Source: Candidatus Bathyarchaeota archaeon (GTDB lineage: Archaea > Thermoproteota > Bathyarchaeia > Bathyarchaeales > SOJC01). Taken from it: 64,000 nucleotides of DNA. Location of the stretch: the NCBI GenBank assembly GCA_020354575.1, contig CP070649.1:830504-894503 (forward strand), written 5' to 3'. The notes under the pieces are model-generated. The model saw only the letters and a program-made list of their open reading frames with translations, made no database searches and was not told where the DNA came from. The translations under genes and the position numbers were made by a program. The number at the start of each line of letters is the position of its first letter. Position 1 is the first letter of the stretch. Below, piece after piece: positions 38,302 to 47,685 of this stretch.

Positions 38302-38679
38302 ATGAGAAAAATTATTCACACTGAAAATGCGCCAAAACCATTAGGAGCATACAGCCAAGCAGTGAGAGCTGGTAAATTTTTATTCGTATCTGGTCAATTA
38401 GGCATTGATCCCGAAACGGGAAGATTGACTTCGGATAATATAATAGAACAAACCAGAAGAGTCATGGAGAATATTAAGGCAATACTTAAAGCTGACGACC
38501 ATAGCTTGAATGAGATTGTTCAGGCAAACGTTTACCTATCATCGGCGAAGCATTTCAGCGATTTCAATAATGAATATGAAAGCCATTTTGATAAGGAACC
38601 TCCAGCAAGAGTTACTGTTGGAGTGGAATTGGGGCTAGGAGCTTTGGTGGAAATTTCAGTTATCGCGTATTGTGAATAA
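38302..38679 (+). CDS. ridA: RidA/YjgF family reactive-intermediate deaminase
   Basis: APKPLGAYSQAV...FVSGQLGIDP...PARVTVGV..L......VEI. Confidence 0.88.
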   Translation: MRKIIHTENAPKPLGAYSQAVRAGKFLFVSGQLGIDPETGRLTSDNIIEQTRRVMENIKAILKADDHSLNEIVQANVYLSSAKHFSDFNNEYESHFDKEPPARVTVGVELGLGALVEISVIAYCE

Positions 38680-38710
38680 GAATCCGATCTCAATTATAAG
38701 CGAATAATGC

Positions 38711-39094
38711 ATGCGCGGAATAAATATGATTATCTGGACATGCCCGAATACAAGATGCGAGTACAATAAGCAGCTATATCCTGATCAGACTTGCCCTACA
38801 TGTGGAAAGGAGGCAAAAGCATTTGAGTTCGACGAGTTTGGCAGTCTATTGAAGGCAAAGGCAGTTTTCAAAAAATCCGCTGAGAGGGCTGAAAAAAGGA
38901 AGAAACTCTTATCAAGATTAAAATTCTGTCCTAAATGTGGCTCTCCGAACATTAATTTTCTAATCTTCTACCAACCCTCTATTTGGAAGTGCTTTGACTG
39001 TAATTACCAAGGTACTTTTGTAGTGGAAGACAGCGAACTTGCGGAGAAGATACAAGCGGACTTTCTGAAAACCCATAAAGAAGAACACAAATGA
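38711..39094 (+). CDS. double zinc-ribbon hypothetical protein
   Basis: CPNTRC...CPTCG and CPKCG...CFDC. Confidence 0.45.
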   Translation: MRGINMIIWTCPNTRCEYNKQLYPDQTCPTCGKEAKAFEFDEFGSLLKAKAVFKKSAERAEKRKKLLSRLKFCPKCGSPNINFLIFYQPSIWKCFDCNYQGTFVVEDSELAEKIQADFLKTHKEEHK

Positions 39095-39146
39095 TCTTTG
39101 CTCATATGAATTTGCAGCCTTTGCACTGAGAAAAAAGAAAGTAGTA

Positions 39147-39329
39147 CTATTCTTTTGCCAAACTATATTGGCGACCTCGGGTTTCGATCTGTCCTTTTTC
39201 AAAGAGCTTTCTCAGGGCTTTGAAAATTGTCTTTTCAGGCTTGTCCATTTTCTGAGCGATTTCAGCCAAAGTAAGTGGTTTGGAAGACTCTCTTAGAAGT
39301 TCTAAGATCGGTTTATCGAGTTTACCCAA
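39147..39329 (-). CDS. small winged-helix DNA-binding protein
   Basis: 60 aa. ILELLRESSKPLTLAEIAQKM...ALRKLFEKGQIE. Confidence 0.55.
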   Translation of the reverse strand: MGKLDKPILELLRESSKPLTLAEIAQKMDKPEKTIFKALRKLFEKGQIETRGRQYSLAKE

Positions 39330-39559
39330 TTGACTAACCCCAGCTAGGCTTTTCTATTCTAAGTCATTTCTATTTATAGCTTATCATGCATGCACGGAAA
39401 ATGTAGGGGGTAATTTTTAGCACAAGTACTGGATTGTGTACCGGATCCTGGAATGATGTTGCTTTGTCATTGGTCGACCTATCAAGCTTGCACGTAATGG
39501 TTATTTATCGCATTTGCTTATCTGCATTAAGATCATGCTTCGTTGGAGCCTCGAATAAT

Positions 39560-42016
39560 ATGCAACCCTTACCCAAAAAGATCAACTTCATCGCTACTGA
39601 AAAAAAGTGGCAGCGCAAATGGGAAGAGTGGGGTATATATCAATTTGACTCGACCGATCGCTCCCAACCTACTTTTAGCATCGATACTCCTCCTCCTTAT
39701 CCCAGTGGGGAATTTCACATGGGAAATGTCCTCAACTGGACTTACTTCGATATTATTGCTCGATATAAACGCATGCAAGGTTTTAATGTGCACTTCCCCC
39801 AAGGGTGGGATTGTCATGGTTTGCAGATTGAGAGGAGGACCGAAAAGGAATTTAATATTAGCAAATCTGCTACTCCAACAGCAGAATTTATCGAGCTCTG
39901 CAAGAAATTCGTGGACAAGTATATTGCTATCATGAAAACTGCTGTAAAACAGCTTGGTTGCAGTAATGATTGGACGACTGAATACAAGACTATGTATCCT
40001 GACTATTGGCGACGTACTCAGTTAAGTTTCATAATTCTTTATAAGAAAGGGTTGATGTATCAGGGTACTCACCCCGTAAATTGGTGCCCGAGTTGTGAAA
40101 CCGCCATTGCAGATGCTGAAGTGAACTACGAACCACGGCAGGGTACTCTCGTTTACATAAAATTTAAGCTGAAAAATGGGGACTTTCTGACTATTGCTAC
40201 CACACGTCCTGAACTTATTTCTGCGTGTGTAACTGTCGCTGTTAACCCAAAAGATAATCGGTACAAACGATACGTTGGGAAGGAGGTTAGAGTTCCAACC
40301 ACAAATCGTACCGTCCCAATCATTGCTGATACGATGGTAGATCCGAAATTTGGCACGGGCGTAGTCATGATATGCACCTATGGCGATAAAGCAGACGTAA
40401 AAACCGTTGCCAAATACAAGTTGCCAACCATAGCAATCTTAACCAAGAATGGGAGAATGAACAAGAATCTGGGGAAGCATAAAGGCTTGACGGTTCTAGA
40501 GGCTAAAAAGGCGATCGCTGATGAGCTTAAAGATCAAGGCTTACTAACCAAAACAGAATCCATTCAACAAGAGATTGGCCTTTGCGATCGTTGTGCAGCT
40601 CCAATTGAAATCTTGGAAACGAAACAATGGTTCATGAAAACGCGTCAACTTACAAAACAGTTAGAAAATACCGCTGAAGTACTCTCATGGTATCCTGATT
40701 ATATGAAAACACGCCTCATTGATTGGGCTAACTCTCTTGACTGGGATTGGGTCATCAGTCGTCAACGCGTATTTGGGACTCCCATTCCCATCTGGTATTG
40801 CAAAGGGTGTGGCGGAATCATTCTAGCTGAGGAAAGTTGGCCACCCATTGATCCGAAGCAAGAAAACCCAAGGATAGAGAAATGTCCAAAATGTGGGTCT
40901 AATAACTTCGTACCTGAGTGGGATGTGTTTGATACTTGGATGGATTCTTCAATAACTTGTGCTGTACATGCAGGATGGCCCGATGTTCCAGAGGAAGAAA
41001 TGCGGAGGCTTTTTCCAGCAGATCTTCACCCATCAGGCACCGATATTATCCGGACATGGGCATACTACCTTATGGTGCGTCATCTTGCTCTTTTCAATGA
41101 GACTCCCTATAAGGCTTGCCTGATTAATGGCATGGTTCTTGGTAATGATGGGCGGAAGATGAGTAAGAGCCTAGGTAATTATATCGCTACTCCTGAAGTG
41201 TTCGAAAAGTATGGAGCGGACACCAGTAGGCAATGGGCTGCTGGTGGGGGAACTACGGGCTCAGATATTCCATTTCGATGGCCAGACGTGGAGTATGCCT
41301 GGCGTTTTCTTATAAAACTGTGGAATGCATCTCGTTTCAGCAGTCTTCTTTTGAAAGATTATAAGCCAATAAGGACTCCGAAGTTGACATTATTGGATAA
41401 CTGGCTTCTGGCACGAATGAATCAAACGATCATAGGTGTTTCGAAGGCTTTGGAAAGATGCCAGTTCAACATAGCTCTGGAGGAAATTAGAGATTTTGCT
41501 TGGCATGATCTATGTGATAATTACATTGAAGCCGTGAAGCATAGGCTTTACAAAGAAGAGATTTATGGTACAACGAACCGGAAGGCAGCTCAATTTACGC
41601 TTTATACAGCGCTCTATCGTATTCTTCAGTTGTTTGCGCCGATTGCTCCTCATATTACAGAAGAGATTTATCAAACTATGTTTGCTGACGATATTGGATT
41701 CAAGAGCATTCACATATCTTCATGGCCCCAGGCTAAAGAGAGCGAAATTGATGCGCTTGTCATCAAGAAAGGTAATTTGCTACTCGCAGTGATTGGCGAA
41801 ATCAGACGGGAGAAAGCAAGGAAAAGGATATCCCTAAACACGATGATTAAAGAATTAATAATATATGCTGGGACTAAGGCGGTTGCTGCGGATTTGACCA
41901 AGTGGTCGGATGATATAACTGGCACCTGTAAAATTAATAAACTGAAGATATTGCCTCGTAAAGGTGAAGGTGTGGAGGTGGAAGGTTACCCAGAGATCCG
42001 ATTCGTGGGCGTATAA
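39560..42016 (+). CDS. valS: valine--tRNA ligase
   Basis: Class Ia synthetase with TPPPYPSGEFHMGN (HIGH) and KMSKS. CP1 editing insert and Zn knuckles present. Start taken at MQPLPKK, so the 42-aa ORF-track extension is rejected. Val over Ile assigned by motif memory. Confidence 0.8.
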   Translation: MQPLPKKINFIATEKKWQRKWEEWGIYQFDSTDRSQPTFSIDTPPPYPSGEFHMGNVLNWTYFDIIARYKRMQGFNVHFPQGWDCHGLQIERRTEKEFNISKSATPTAEFIELCKKFVDKYIAIMKTAVKQLGCSNDWTTEYKTMYPDYWRRTQLSFIILYKKGLMYQGTHPVNWCPSCETAIADAEVNYEPRQGTLVYIKFKLKNGDFLTIATTRPELISACVTVAVNPKDNRYKRYVGKEVRVPTTNRTVPIIADTMVDPKFGTGVVMICTYGDKADVKTVAKYKLPTIAILTKNGRMNKNLGKHKGLTVLEAKKAIADELKDQGLLTKTESIQQEIGLCDRCAAPIEILETKQWFMKTRQLTKQLENTAEVLSWYPDYMKTRLIDWANSLDWDWVISRQRVFGTPIPIWYCKGCGGIILAEESWPPIDPKQENPRIEKCPKCGSNNFVPEWDVFDTWMDSSITCAVHAGWPDVPEEEMRRLFPADLHPSGTDIIRTWAYYLMVRHLALFNETPYKACLINGMVLGNDGRKMSKSLGNYIATPEVFEKYGADTSRQWAAGGGTTGSDIPFRWPDVEYAWRFLIKLWNASRFSSLLLKDYKPIRTPKLTLLDNWLLARMNQTIIGVSKALERCQFNIALEEIRDFAWHDLCDNYIEAVKHRLYKEEIYGTTNRKAAQFTLYTALYRILQLFAPIAPHITEEIYQTMFADDIGFKSIHISSWPQAKESEIDALVIKKGNLLLAVIGEIRREKARKRISLNTMIKELIIYAGTKAVAADLTKWSDDITGTCKINKLKILPRKGEGVEVEGYPEIRFVGV

Positions 42017-42047
42017 TTTTGGCTAGTAGGTGAATTGCACGACTTCA

Positions 42048-43283
42048 ATGGATCAAAGAAAACTTCTGATCTTCGATGTTGAAGGAGTGTTATTGCCCAA
42101 GAATCGATATTTGATCTTTGAGCTAGGAAGAAGCTTGGATTTTCTCCAGTTTATGAGATTGCTATTTTTTGGATTTCTCTATGAGATCGGGGTATTCTCT
42201 TTAGAATCAGCCTTGAAAGGCATATTCAACTTGTTTAAAGGGCTTAAGACAGAGGAAATGCTCAATTTATTTGAAAAAATTCCTATTCTTCCACATACTG
42301 AGGTGATTTTTGAAGAATTGAAAAGACAGGGGATCGAGATCGCTCTCATAAGCTCTGGACTACCTCAGATTGTGATTGAGAATCTTGCCAATCGATTGAA
42401 AGCCGATCATGCTTATGGGTTTGAACTAGAGATTCGCGACAATCTTTTGACCGGAAAGATAAAAGGTTCCGTAATAAAAAAGAATGGCAAAGCCATAGTG
42501 CTGGATCAGCTATTAACCAAAAAAGGTCTGAAAAGAAAGAATTGTGTAGTAGTCGCTGATGATCGAAACAATGCATCAATCTTTTACCCTGAAGCTTTGA
42601 AAATAGGTTACAATCCTGATTTTCTATTAATCCTCAAATCAGATGTGGTTATAAAAGGTAGCTTGATCAAAATCTTATCTGTTTTCAAAGAAACGCATCG
42701 AAGACCACGTCATTCTCTATTACGCCACGAAGTAGTTCGAGAATTTATTCATGCTGGAGGCCTCTTAGCCATTTTCACTGCAGCCATTCTCGGAATTTAT
42801 CCGACTGTTCTCCTTCTTTCTTTGATAACTCTAATTTACGCAATATCTGAGCTTGCTAGAATCCAAAGAAAGCATGTCCCGATAATTTCCCATGTTACAC
42901 TGAATGCAGCAACGCCTTCAGAGCGGTACGAATTCACGACAGCTCCCATACTATTCGCTTTGGGGGTTACGCTGTCCCTTCTGATTTTTCAGAGTCCTAT
43001 AAATTTTGCATCTATAGCTATAGTCTCATTAGGTGACAGCGCAGCTTCAGTCTTTGGAGGATTTTTTGGGAAAATTGCTCTTCCCTTTAACAAAGGTAAA
43101 AGCCTTGAGGGATCTGTAGCGTGCTTTGGATTTGCGTTTTTGGGCGCTATTCTCTTTCTTTCTCCACCAAGGGCATTTTTCGGTGCAATCATCGGGATGG
43201 TTGTCGAATCCTTGCCTTTACCGATAAATGATAACCTTTCAATGCCATTAATAACCGGGTTTCTCCTCGGGTACATACCATGA
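42048..43283 (+). CDS. HAD-hydrolase domain fused to CTP-dependent polyprenol (dolichol/phytol) kinase-like membrane domain
   Basis: N-terminal LLIFDVEGVLLP (HAD motif I) ... VADDRNN. C-terminal multi-TM region with SLGDSAASVFGGFFGK...KSLEGS, the cytidylyltransferase-family kinase motif. Confidence 0.65.
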   Translation: MDQRKLLIFDVEGVLLPKNRYLIFELGRSLDFLQFMRLLFFGFLYEIGVFSLESALKGIFNLFKGLKTEEMLNLFEKIPILPHTEVIFEELKRQGIEIALISSGLPQIVIENLANRLKADHAYGFELEIRDNLLTGKIKGSVIKKNGKAIVLDQLLTKKGLKRKNCVVVADDRNNASIFYPEALKIGYNPDFLLILKSDVVIKGSLIKILSVFKETHRRPRHSLLRHEVVREFIHAGGLLAIFTAAILGIYPTVLLLSLITLIYAISELARIQRKHVPIISHVTLNAATPSERYEFTTAPILFALGVTLSLLIFQSPINFASIAIVSLGDSAASVFGGFFGKIALPFNKGKSLEGSVACFGFAFLGAILFLSPPRAFFGAIIGMVVESLPLPINDNLSMPLITGFLLGYIP

Positions 43284-43349
43284 TTTCTCCTGAAAGCATT
43301 GAGGATTAGAATTATTAAGTACATGAAACATTAATGGAAAGCGAATAGG

Positions 43350-43688
43350 GTGAAACGGCTGATGAATGCGAAAGATGAGTTCGATAAGTCCCTCATACAG
43401 ACCATCGACATAAAACTCAAGCATGTTTTTGGCGAAGCAGGAACATCGGTCATCTATAACTATTTGAAAAGTGCCCTTTCATTACCGCAGAATGAAATAC
43501 CCAAAAAACTGGATGTTTTTACTGAAGGATTGACTCGGTTCCTTAGTTCCGGCGCTATGGTCGTAGAGAAAGTCATTCTGATTGACCTATATTCTGAATT
43601 TGGACAAGAGTTCCACTCGAGAGAAGGCTTTAAGTTCGTGGATTATGTGAATGAGCTTAAAGCAGCTCTAGTGAAAAATGACGATTAG
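43350..43688 (+). CDS. small hypothetical protein
   Basis: 112-aa ORF with a GTG start. No motif recognised. Confidence 0.4.
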   Translation: MKRLMNAKDEFDKSLIQTIDIKLKHVFGEAGTSVIYNYLKSALSLPQNEIPKKLDVFTEGLTRFLSSGAMVVEKVILIDLYSEFGQEFHSREGFKFVDYVNELKAALVKNDD

Positions 43689-43773
43689 GGCTTCCATGTA
43701 TTTGCCCGTGCATTTTCTTACAGATTTTAGCTTTCAAGGGAAAGCTCAGAGGTTTTTCATCTTTTATCGGTCG

Positions 43774-45210
43774 TTAGTGTGTATGCGCGTGCTCTATGAC
43801 TTTGTGGTACTGGTCAGGCGTCATTAGAGAGCGGAAGGCCCTTTCCACGACCTCGTTCAGCCCAGGATGAATGTGCATACCCGCAGTTATAGGCTCTGCA
43901 CTTTGTTCAGGCGTATACATTAGATTGATTATCTCTTGTATGAGAACAGAGGCGTAAGGTCCAATGATGTGGGCTCCAAGAATCTGCATAGTTTCCGGAT
44001 TAACGAGAACCTTGACAAAGTAGCCTTTCACATCCATGGCTTCTCCCTTTGCGGTATCTTCGTATCGATGCATTCCAATTAGCACGTTCTCTTTTCCATA
44101 TCTCTCAATTGCTTCCCTTTCCTTCAGACCTACTCCTGCAATTTCTGGATAAGTGAAGACAGCGTGAGGTATAGCATGATAGTCGACCTTTACCTTTTTC
44201 TTGAGCACAGCATTGTAGTAAACGACTCCTGTCTCATAATTGGCAACGTGTTTGAAGAGGTATCGTCCATTTGCATCGCCAAAAGCCCATACATTTGGCT
44301 GTGAGGTTTCTAGGTACTCGTCAACAATGATCCATCCTCTCTCATCTGTTTTTATTCTTCCCTTCTCTGGATGGAGGATGTCAGTATTCGGGCTTCTCCC
44401 ACTTGCAATCAGCACTTCCTTTGCCGTAATCTCCACCTTTTCCCCGTTCTCCCTATTTACTGCGGTGAGCTTCTTTTCACCAGTCGAGCTCTCTTCTGCC
44501 TCAAGAACCTCGTGATTGGTTAGGATTGTCATGTGTTTTTCGAGCTCTCTCTTGGCGAGGGCTGATACTTCTGGTTCTTCTTGTTTGAGAAATTGGGGAT
44601 TTCTACCAATTATTATGACTTTTGCTCCCATAGCTGAAAGAAAGTGTCCATATTCCGCAGCAATGTACCCTCCGCCTACTATTGCGATGCTCTCTGGCAA
44701 CTCCTCGATCTTAAGGATCGTGTCGCTTGTATGATAATCAATTTTATCTAATCCTTTGATCGGAGGGATTGTTGGTTTTGATCCTGTGCAAAGCAATATC
44801 ATTTTTGATGTTATTGTTTCGTTGCCGACTTTCAGGATGTATGGACCAACGAATTCTGCTGCACCAGGGTAATAATCTATGTTTCTCGAACTTGAGAGCC
44901 CTTCCCGGATCATATCTATATCTTTGTAGATGAGGGTTCTCATCCTCTCCATAACTTTTCTAAATTCCACGTCCTTTATGTCAACATCTATACCAAATTT
45001 GGAAGCCTCTTCGATTATTCTAACTACTTCCGCGGGATACAACAAAAGCTTAGATGGAATACAGCCACGAGTTAAGCAGATTCCTCCCGGTTCATCTTTG
45101 TCTATGACCGCGACCTTCATATGTGGAGCCCCACGAACCATAGCTTCCACAATGCTCATTGCTGAACCTGAGCCTATCGCGATCAAGTCATACTCTTTCA
45201 TATCAAGCAC
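43774..45210 (-). CDS. pyridine nucleotide-disulfide oxidoreductase (dihydrolipoyl dehydrogenase family)
   Basis: GSGSA FAD motif, redox-active GGICLTRGCIPSK, second GGGYIA dinucleotide motif, and a C-terminal HIHPGLNE dimerisation motif. Confidence 0.8.
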   Translation of the reverse strand: MLDMKEYDLIAIGSGSAMSIVEAMVRGAPHMKVAVIDKDEPGGICLTRGCIPSKLLLYPAEVVRIIEEASKFGIDVDIKDVEFRKVMERMRTLIYKDIDMIREGLSSSRNIDYYPGAAEFVGPYILKVGNETITSKMILLCTGSKPTIPPIKGLDKIDYHTSDTILKIEELPESIAIVGGGYIAAEYGHFLSAMGAKVIIIGRNPQFLKQEEPEVSALAKRELEKHMTILTNHEVLEAEESSTGEKKLTAVNRENGEKVEITAKEVLIASGRSPNTDILHPEKGRIKTDERGWIIVDEYLETSQPNVWAFGDANGRYLFKHVANYETGVVYYNAVLKKKVKVDYHAIPHAVFTYPEIAGVGLKEREAIERYGKENVLIGMHRYEDTAKGEAMDVKGYFVKVLVNPETMQILGAHIIGPYASVLIQEIINLMYTPEQSAEPITAGMHIHPGLNEVVERAFRSLMTPDQYHKVIEHAHTH

Positions 45211-45301
45211 ATTGTACTTTTAGGAAAAGGTACATTGAAAAATTTTTCTTTAGATATCGTACGTCATCTAAATTTCAGTATGCATGCATTTTTTTGGCGT
45301 T

Positions 45302-45766
45302 TCATTTGTTAACTTTGGGAGTTTGGCCCATCATATCGGGGCGCGCGAATCGAACCTCTTCTACAGCTATACAGACTGCAAGACCTTTCCAACTAGGCGT
45401 TATCATTACCACTCCGGTGACGATCTCCGGGAGTACAAGCCGACCGAAATAGTCCCACCAAGACACTTTTCTCTGATATGGAAGGAGAAGACCAATCATT
45501 TTGTCATTCTCATCTACAAGAGCGCAAGTAAAGGGTGAAATGTCTCTATAGAGTTGTAGGCAAAAGGGGCATTCATCCGTGTAAGGCGGGTACAAATATC
45601 CTTCCACCTGTACTCGTTTTCCGACCCAAAACAGAGGGTTCCCCAATATCTTCGATGCAGTGGTGGGAATCGGGTTCCACACACCGGAGATGGGTAAAAC
45701 GGTGATAAACAGCATTGAATTGAAGACGGGTAGAAACAACACTAGCACCCACGAACGCTTGTCCAT
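45302..45766 (-). CDS. secreted hypothetical protein
   Basis: N-terminal signal-like helix. No motif recognised. Confidence 0.4.
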   Translation of the reverse strand: MDKRSWVLVLFLPVFNSMLFITVLPISGVWNPIPTTASKILGNPLFWVGKRVQVEGYLYPPYTDECPFCLQLYRDISPFTCALVDENDKMIGLLLPYQRKVSWWDYFGRLVLPEIVTGVVMITPSWKGLAVCIAVEEVRFARPDMMGQTPKVNK

Positions 45767-45853
45767 GCGATTCCCCTAAAACAGGTTAACATCGAGGTAT
45801 ATAGTTCCACGTTTTAGAACAGGTGCATACATGCGTGTGGGTGCCCCTAGAGG

Positions 45854-45963
45854 TGCGGGGGGCGGGATTCGAACCCGCGAAGGCCTTCGCCAGAGGATCT
45901 TAAGTCCTCCCCCTTATCCTGGAGATTTTACGCCCAATTTAGACCTGGCTTGGGAACCCCCGC
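45854..45963 (-). tRNA. tRNA-Leu (anticodon UAA), CCA not encoded, with a roughly 25-nt insertion (putative non-canonical intron) in the D-loop
   Basis: Reverse complement is GCGGGGGTTCCCAAGCCAGG[TCTAAATTGGGCGTAAAATCTCCAGG]ATAAGGGGGAGGACTTAAGATCCTCTGGCGAAGGCCTTCGCGGGTTCGAATCCCGCCCCCCGCA. All arms are canonical except the D-loop, which is 25 nt too long. Confidence 0.85.
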
Positions 45964-46118
45964 TTAACATCTATTGACAGTCGCATGTGCAAGCTAATAA
46001 ACGTTGGATACAATTTCATTCCGTAAGGATAAAATTTTTCGTGCCAACATGCTAGCATGCCAAAATCTTTAAATGTTTTCTGGGGTTAGCCACTATCTCT
46101 CCAGAGAAGTGTGTAAAA

Positions 46119-47501
46119 ATGACCCAAAAAAAAGTTACAGTAGAGCAATTACTTCAAAAAGCCAAACGACCCGCTAAGTTAGCTGTTGCTTATCATCCCT
46201 TCTATGAAGGTAAAATCCAGGTTATGCCAAAATGTGCCATCCGCAGTCCTGCTGATTTCGCCCTTTGGTATACCCCTGGAGTTGCTGCCAGTTGCCGAAA
46301 GATCAAGGAAAACCCAAAGGAAGTCTGGACACAGACTAATCGCGCCAATTATGTGGCAGTCGTTTCTGATGGCAGCCGCGTTCTGGGATTAGGGGACATC
46401 GGCCCTGAAGCAGCGATGCCTGTGATGGAAGGCAAAGCACTCCTCTTCAAATACCTAGGCGGGGTTGATGCTTTTCCCGTGTGTCTAAATACCAAAGATC
46501 CTGATGAAATCGTTCGAGCCTGCCAACTTATTGAACCTACTTTTGGTGGTATTAACCTTGAAGACCTCAGCAAACCAAAGTGTTTTTATGTATTGGACCA
46601 AACCCGTGAGAAACTCAATATACCGGTTTGGCATGATGATCAGCAGGGTACTGCTACAGTGATTTTAGCTGGTTTGTTAAATGCCTTGAAGCTTGTAGGG
46701 AAAAAACCCCGAGACGCCCTTGTCACTCTTGTGGGAGTAGGCTCTGCTAACACACGTACCGCGTATGTACTTTTCCGCGCTGGATTCAAACCAGGTAACT
46801 TGATTCTTGTTGACACTAAAGGTATACTGCATGCAGGGCGTCCTGATTTAGAAGGTGTGAAAGAAGCCAATCCGTGGAAATATGAACTAGCTCAAAAGAC
46901 TAACGCTGAAGATCGGACGGGCGATGTAGCAAGTGCCTTTAAAGATGTAGATGCTGTGGTTGCTGCAAGTAAACCTGGACCTGGCACTATCAAGAAGGAG
47001 TGGATAGGGACTATGGCATCTAATAGTATAGTCTTTGCGTGCGCAAATCCCATTCCCGAAATTTGGCCTTGGGAAGCGAAGGAGGCAGGGGCGCAAATTG
47101 TAGGCACTGGTCGTAGCGATTTTCCCAACCAAATAAATAACAGCTTGGGTTTTCCAGCCATTTTCCGTGGGGTTCTCGATGTTAAAGCGACAACCGTCAC
47201 TGACGACATGTGTGTGGCGGCTGCTAACGAACTAGCCAGCTTCGCTGAAGAAAGGGGTATAAGCGAAAACAATATTGCTCCCCGTATGGAAGAATGGGAA
47301 GTTTTCCCTCGCGAAGCAGTCGCCTGTGCACTTCAAAGCATAAAAGAGGGCGTCGCTCGCATCAAACCATCAAGACAAGAATTATGGGAAAAAGCGGTAA
47401 CTATAATTAAAAATGCAAGAGAGTCTACTCACCTTCTCATGAAGCAGGGATTTATCAAAGAACCACCTGCTGAAGAAGATATAATTTCCACTGGTCCATA
47501 A
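46119..47501 (+). CDS. NAD(P)-dependent malic enzyme
   Basis: YTPGVA...VVSDGSRVLGLGDIGP...GINLEDL...HDDQQGTA. Confidence 0.9.
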   Translation: MTQKKVTVEQLLQKAKRPAKLAVAYHPFYEGKIQVMPKCAIRSPADFALWYTPGVAASCRKIKENPKEVWTQTNRANYVAVVSDGSRVLGLGDIGPEAAMPVMEGKALLFKYLGGVDAFPVCLNTKDPDEIVRACQLIEPTFGGINLEDLSKPKCFYVLDQTREKLNIPVWHDDQQGTATVILAGLLNALKLVGKKPRDALVTLVGVGSANTRTAYVLFRAGFKPGNLILVDTKGILHAGRPDLEGVKEANPWKYELAQKTNAEDRTGDVASAFKDVDAVVAASKPGPGTIKKEWIGTMASNSIVFACANPIPEIWPWEAKEAGAQIVGTGRSDFPNQINNSLGFPAIFRGVLDVKATTVTDDMCVAAANELASFAEERGISENNIAPRMEEWEVFPREAVACALQSIKEGVARIKPSRQELWEKAVTIIKNARESTHLLMKQGFIKEPPAEEDIISTGP

Positions 47502-47685
47502 TGTATCTCTGTTTTCTGGTGGATTCCCATAAGGGGAGGATTCTCTCCAAAAACCTTTTTTCATTTGCCTTGATGTAAACATCGGCGTTAAAGGTTAATT
47601 TATGTGGGCAATCATACACAACTCGTTTTAGAAAAATTTATATTTCAAAGCTGTTTCTGTTGTTCCGCAATAATAACAATAAAAG

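Noticed and set aside
37943-38324. Overlapping plus-strand ORFs 37943..38155, 37983..38324 and 38110..38298
   Set aside because: They are mutually overlapping, run through repeat copy R6, and are antisense to the more protein-like two-TM ORF 37774..38103.
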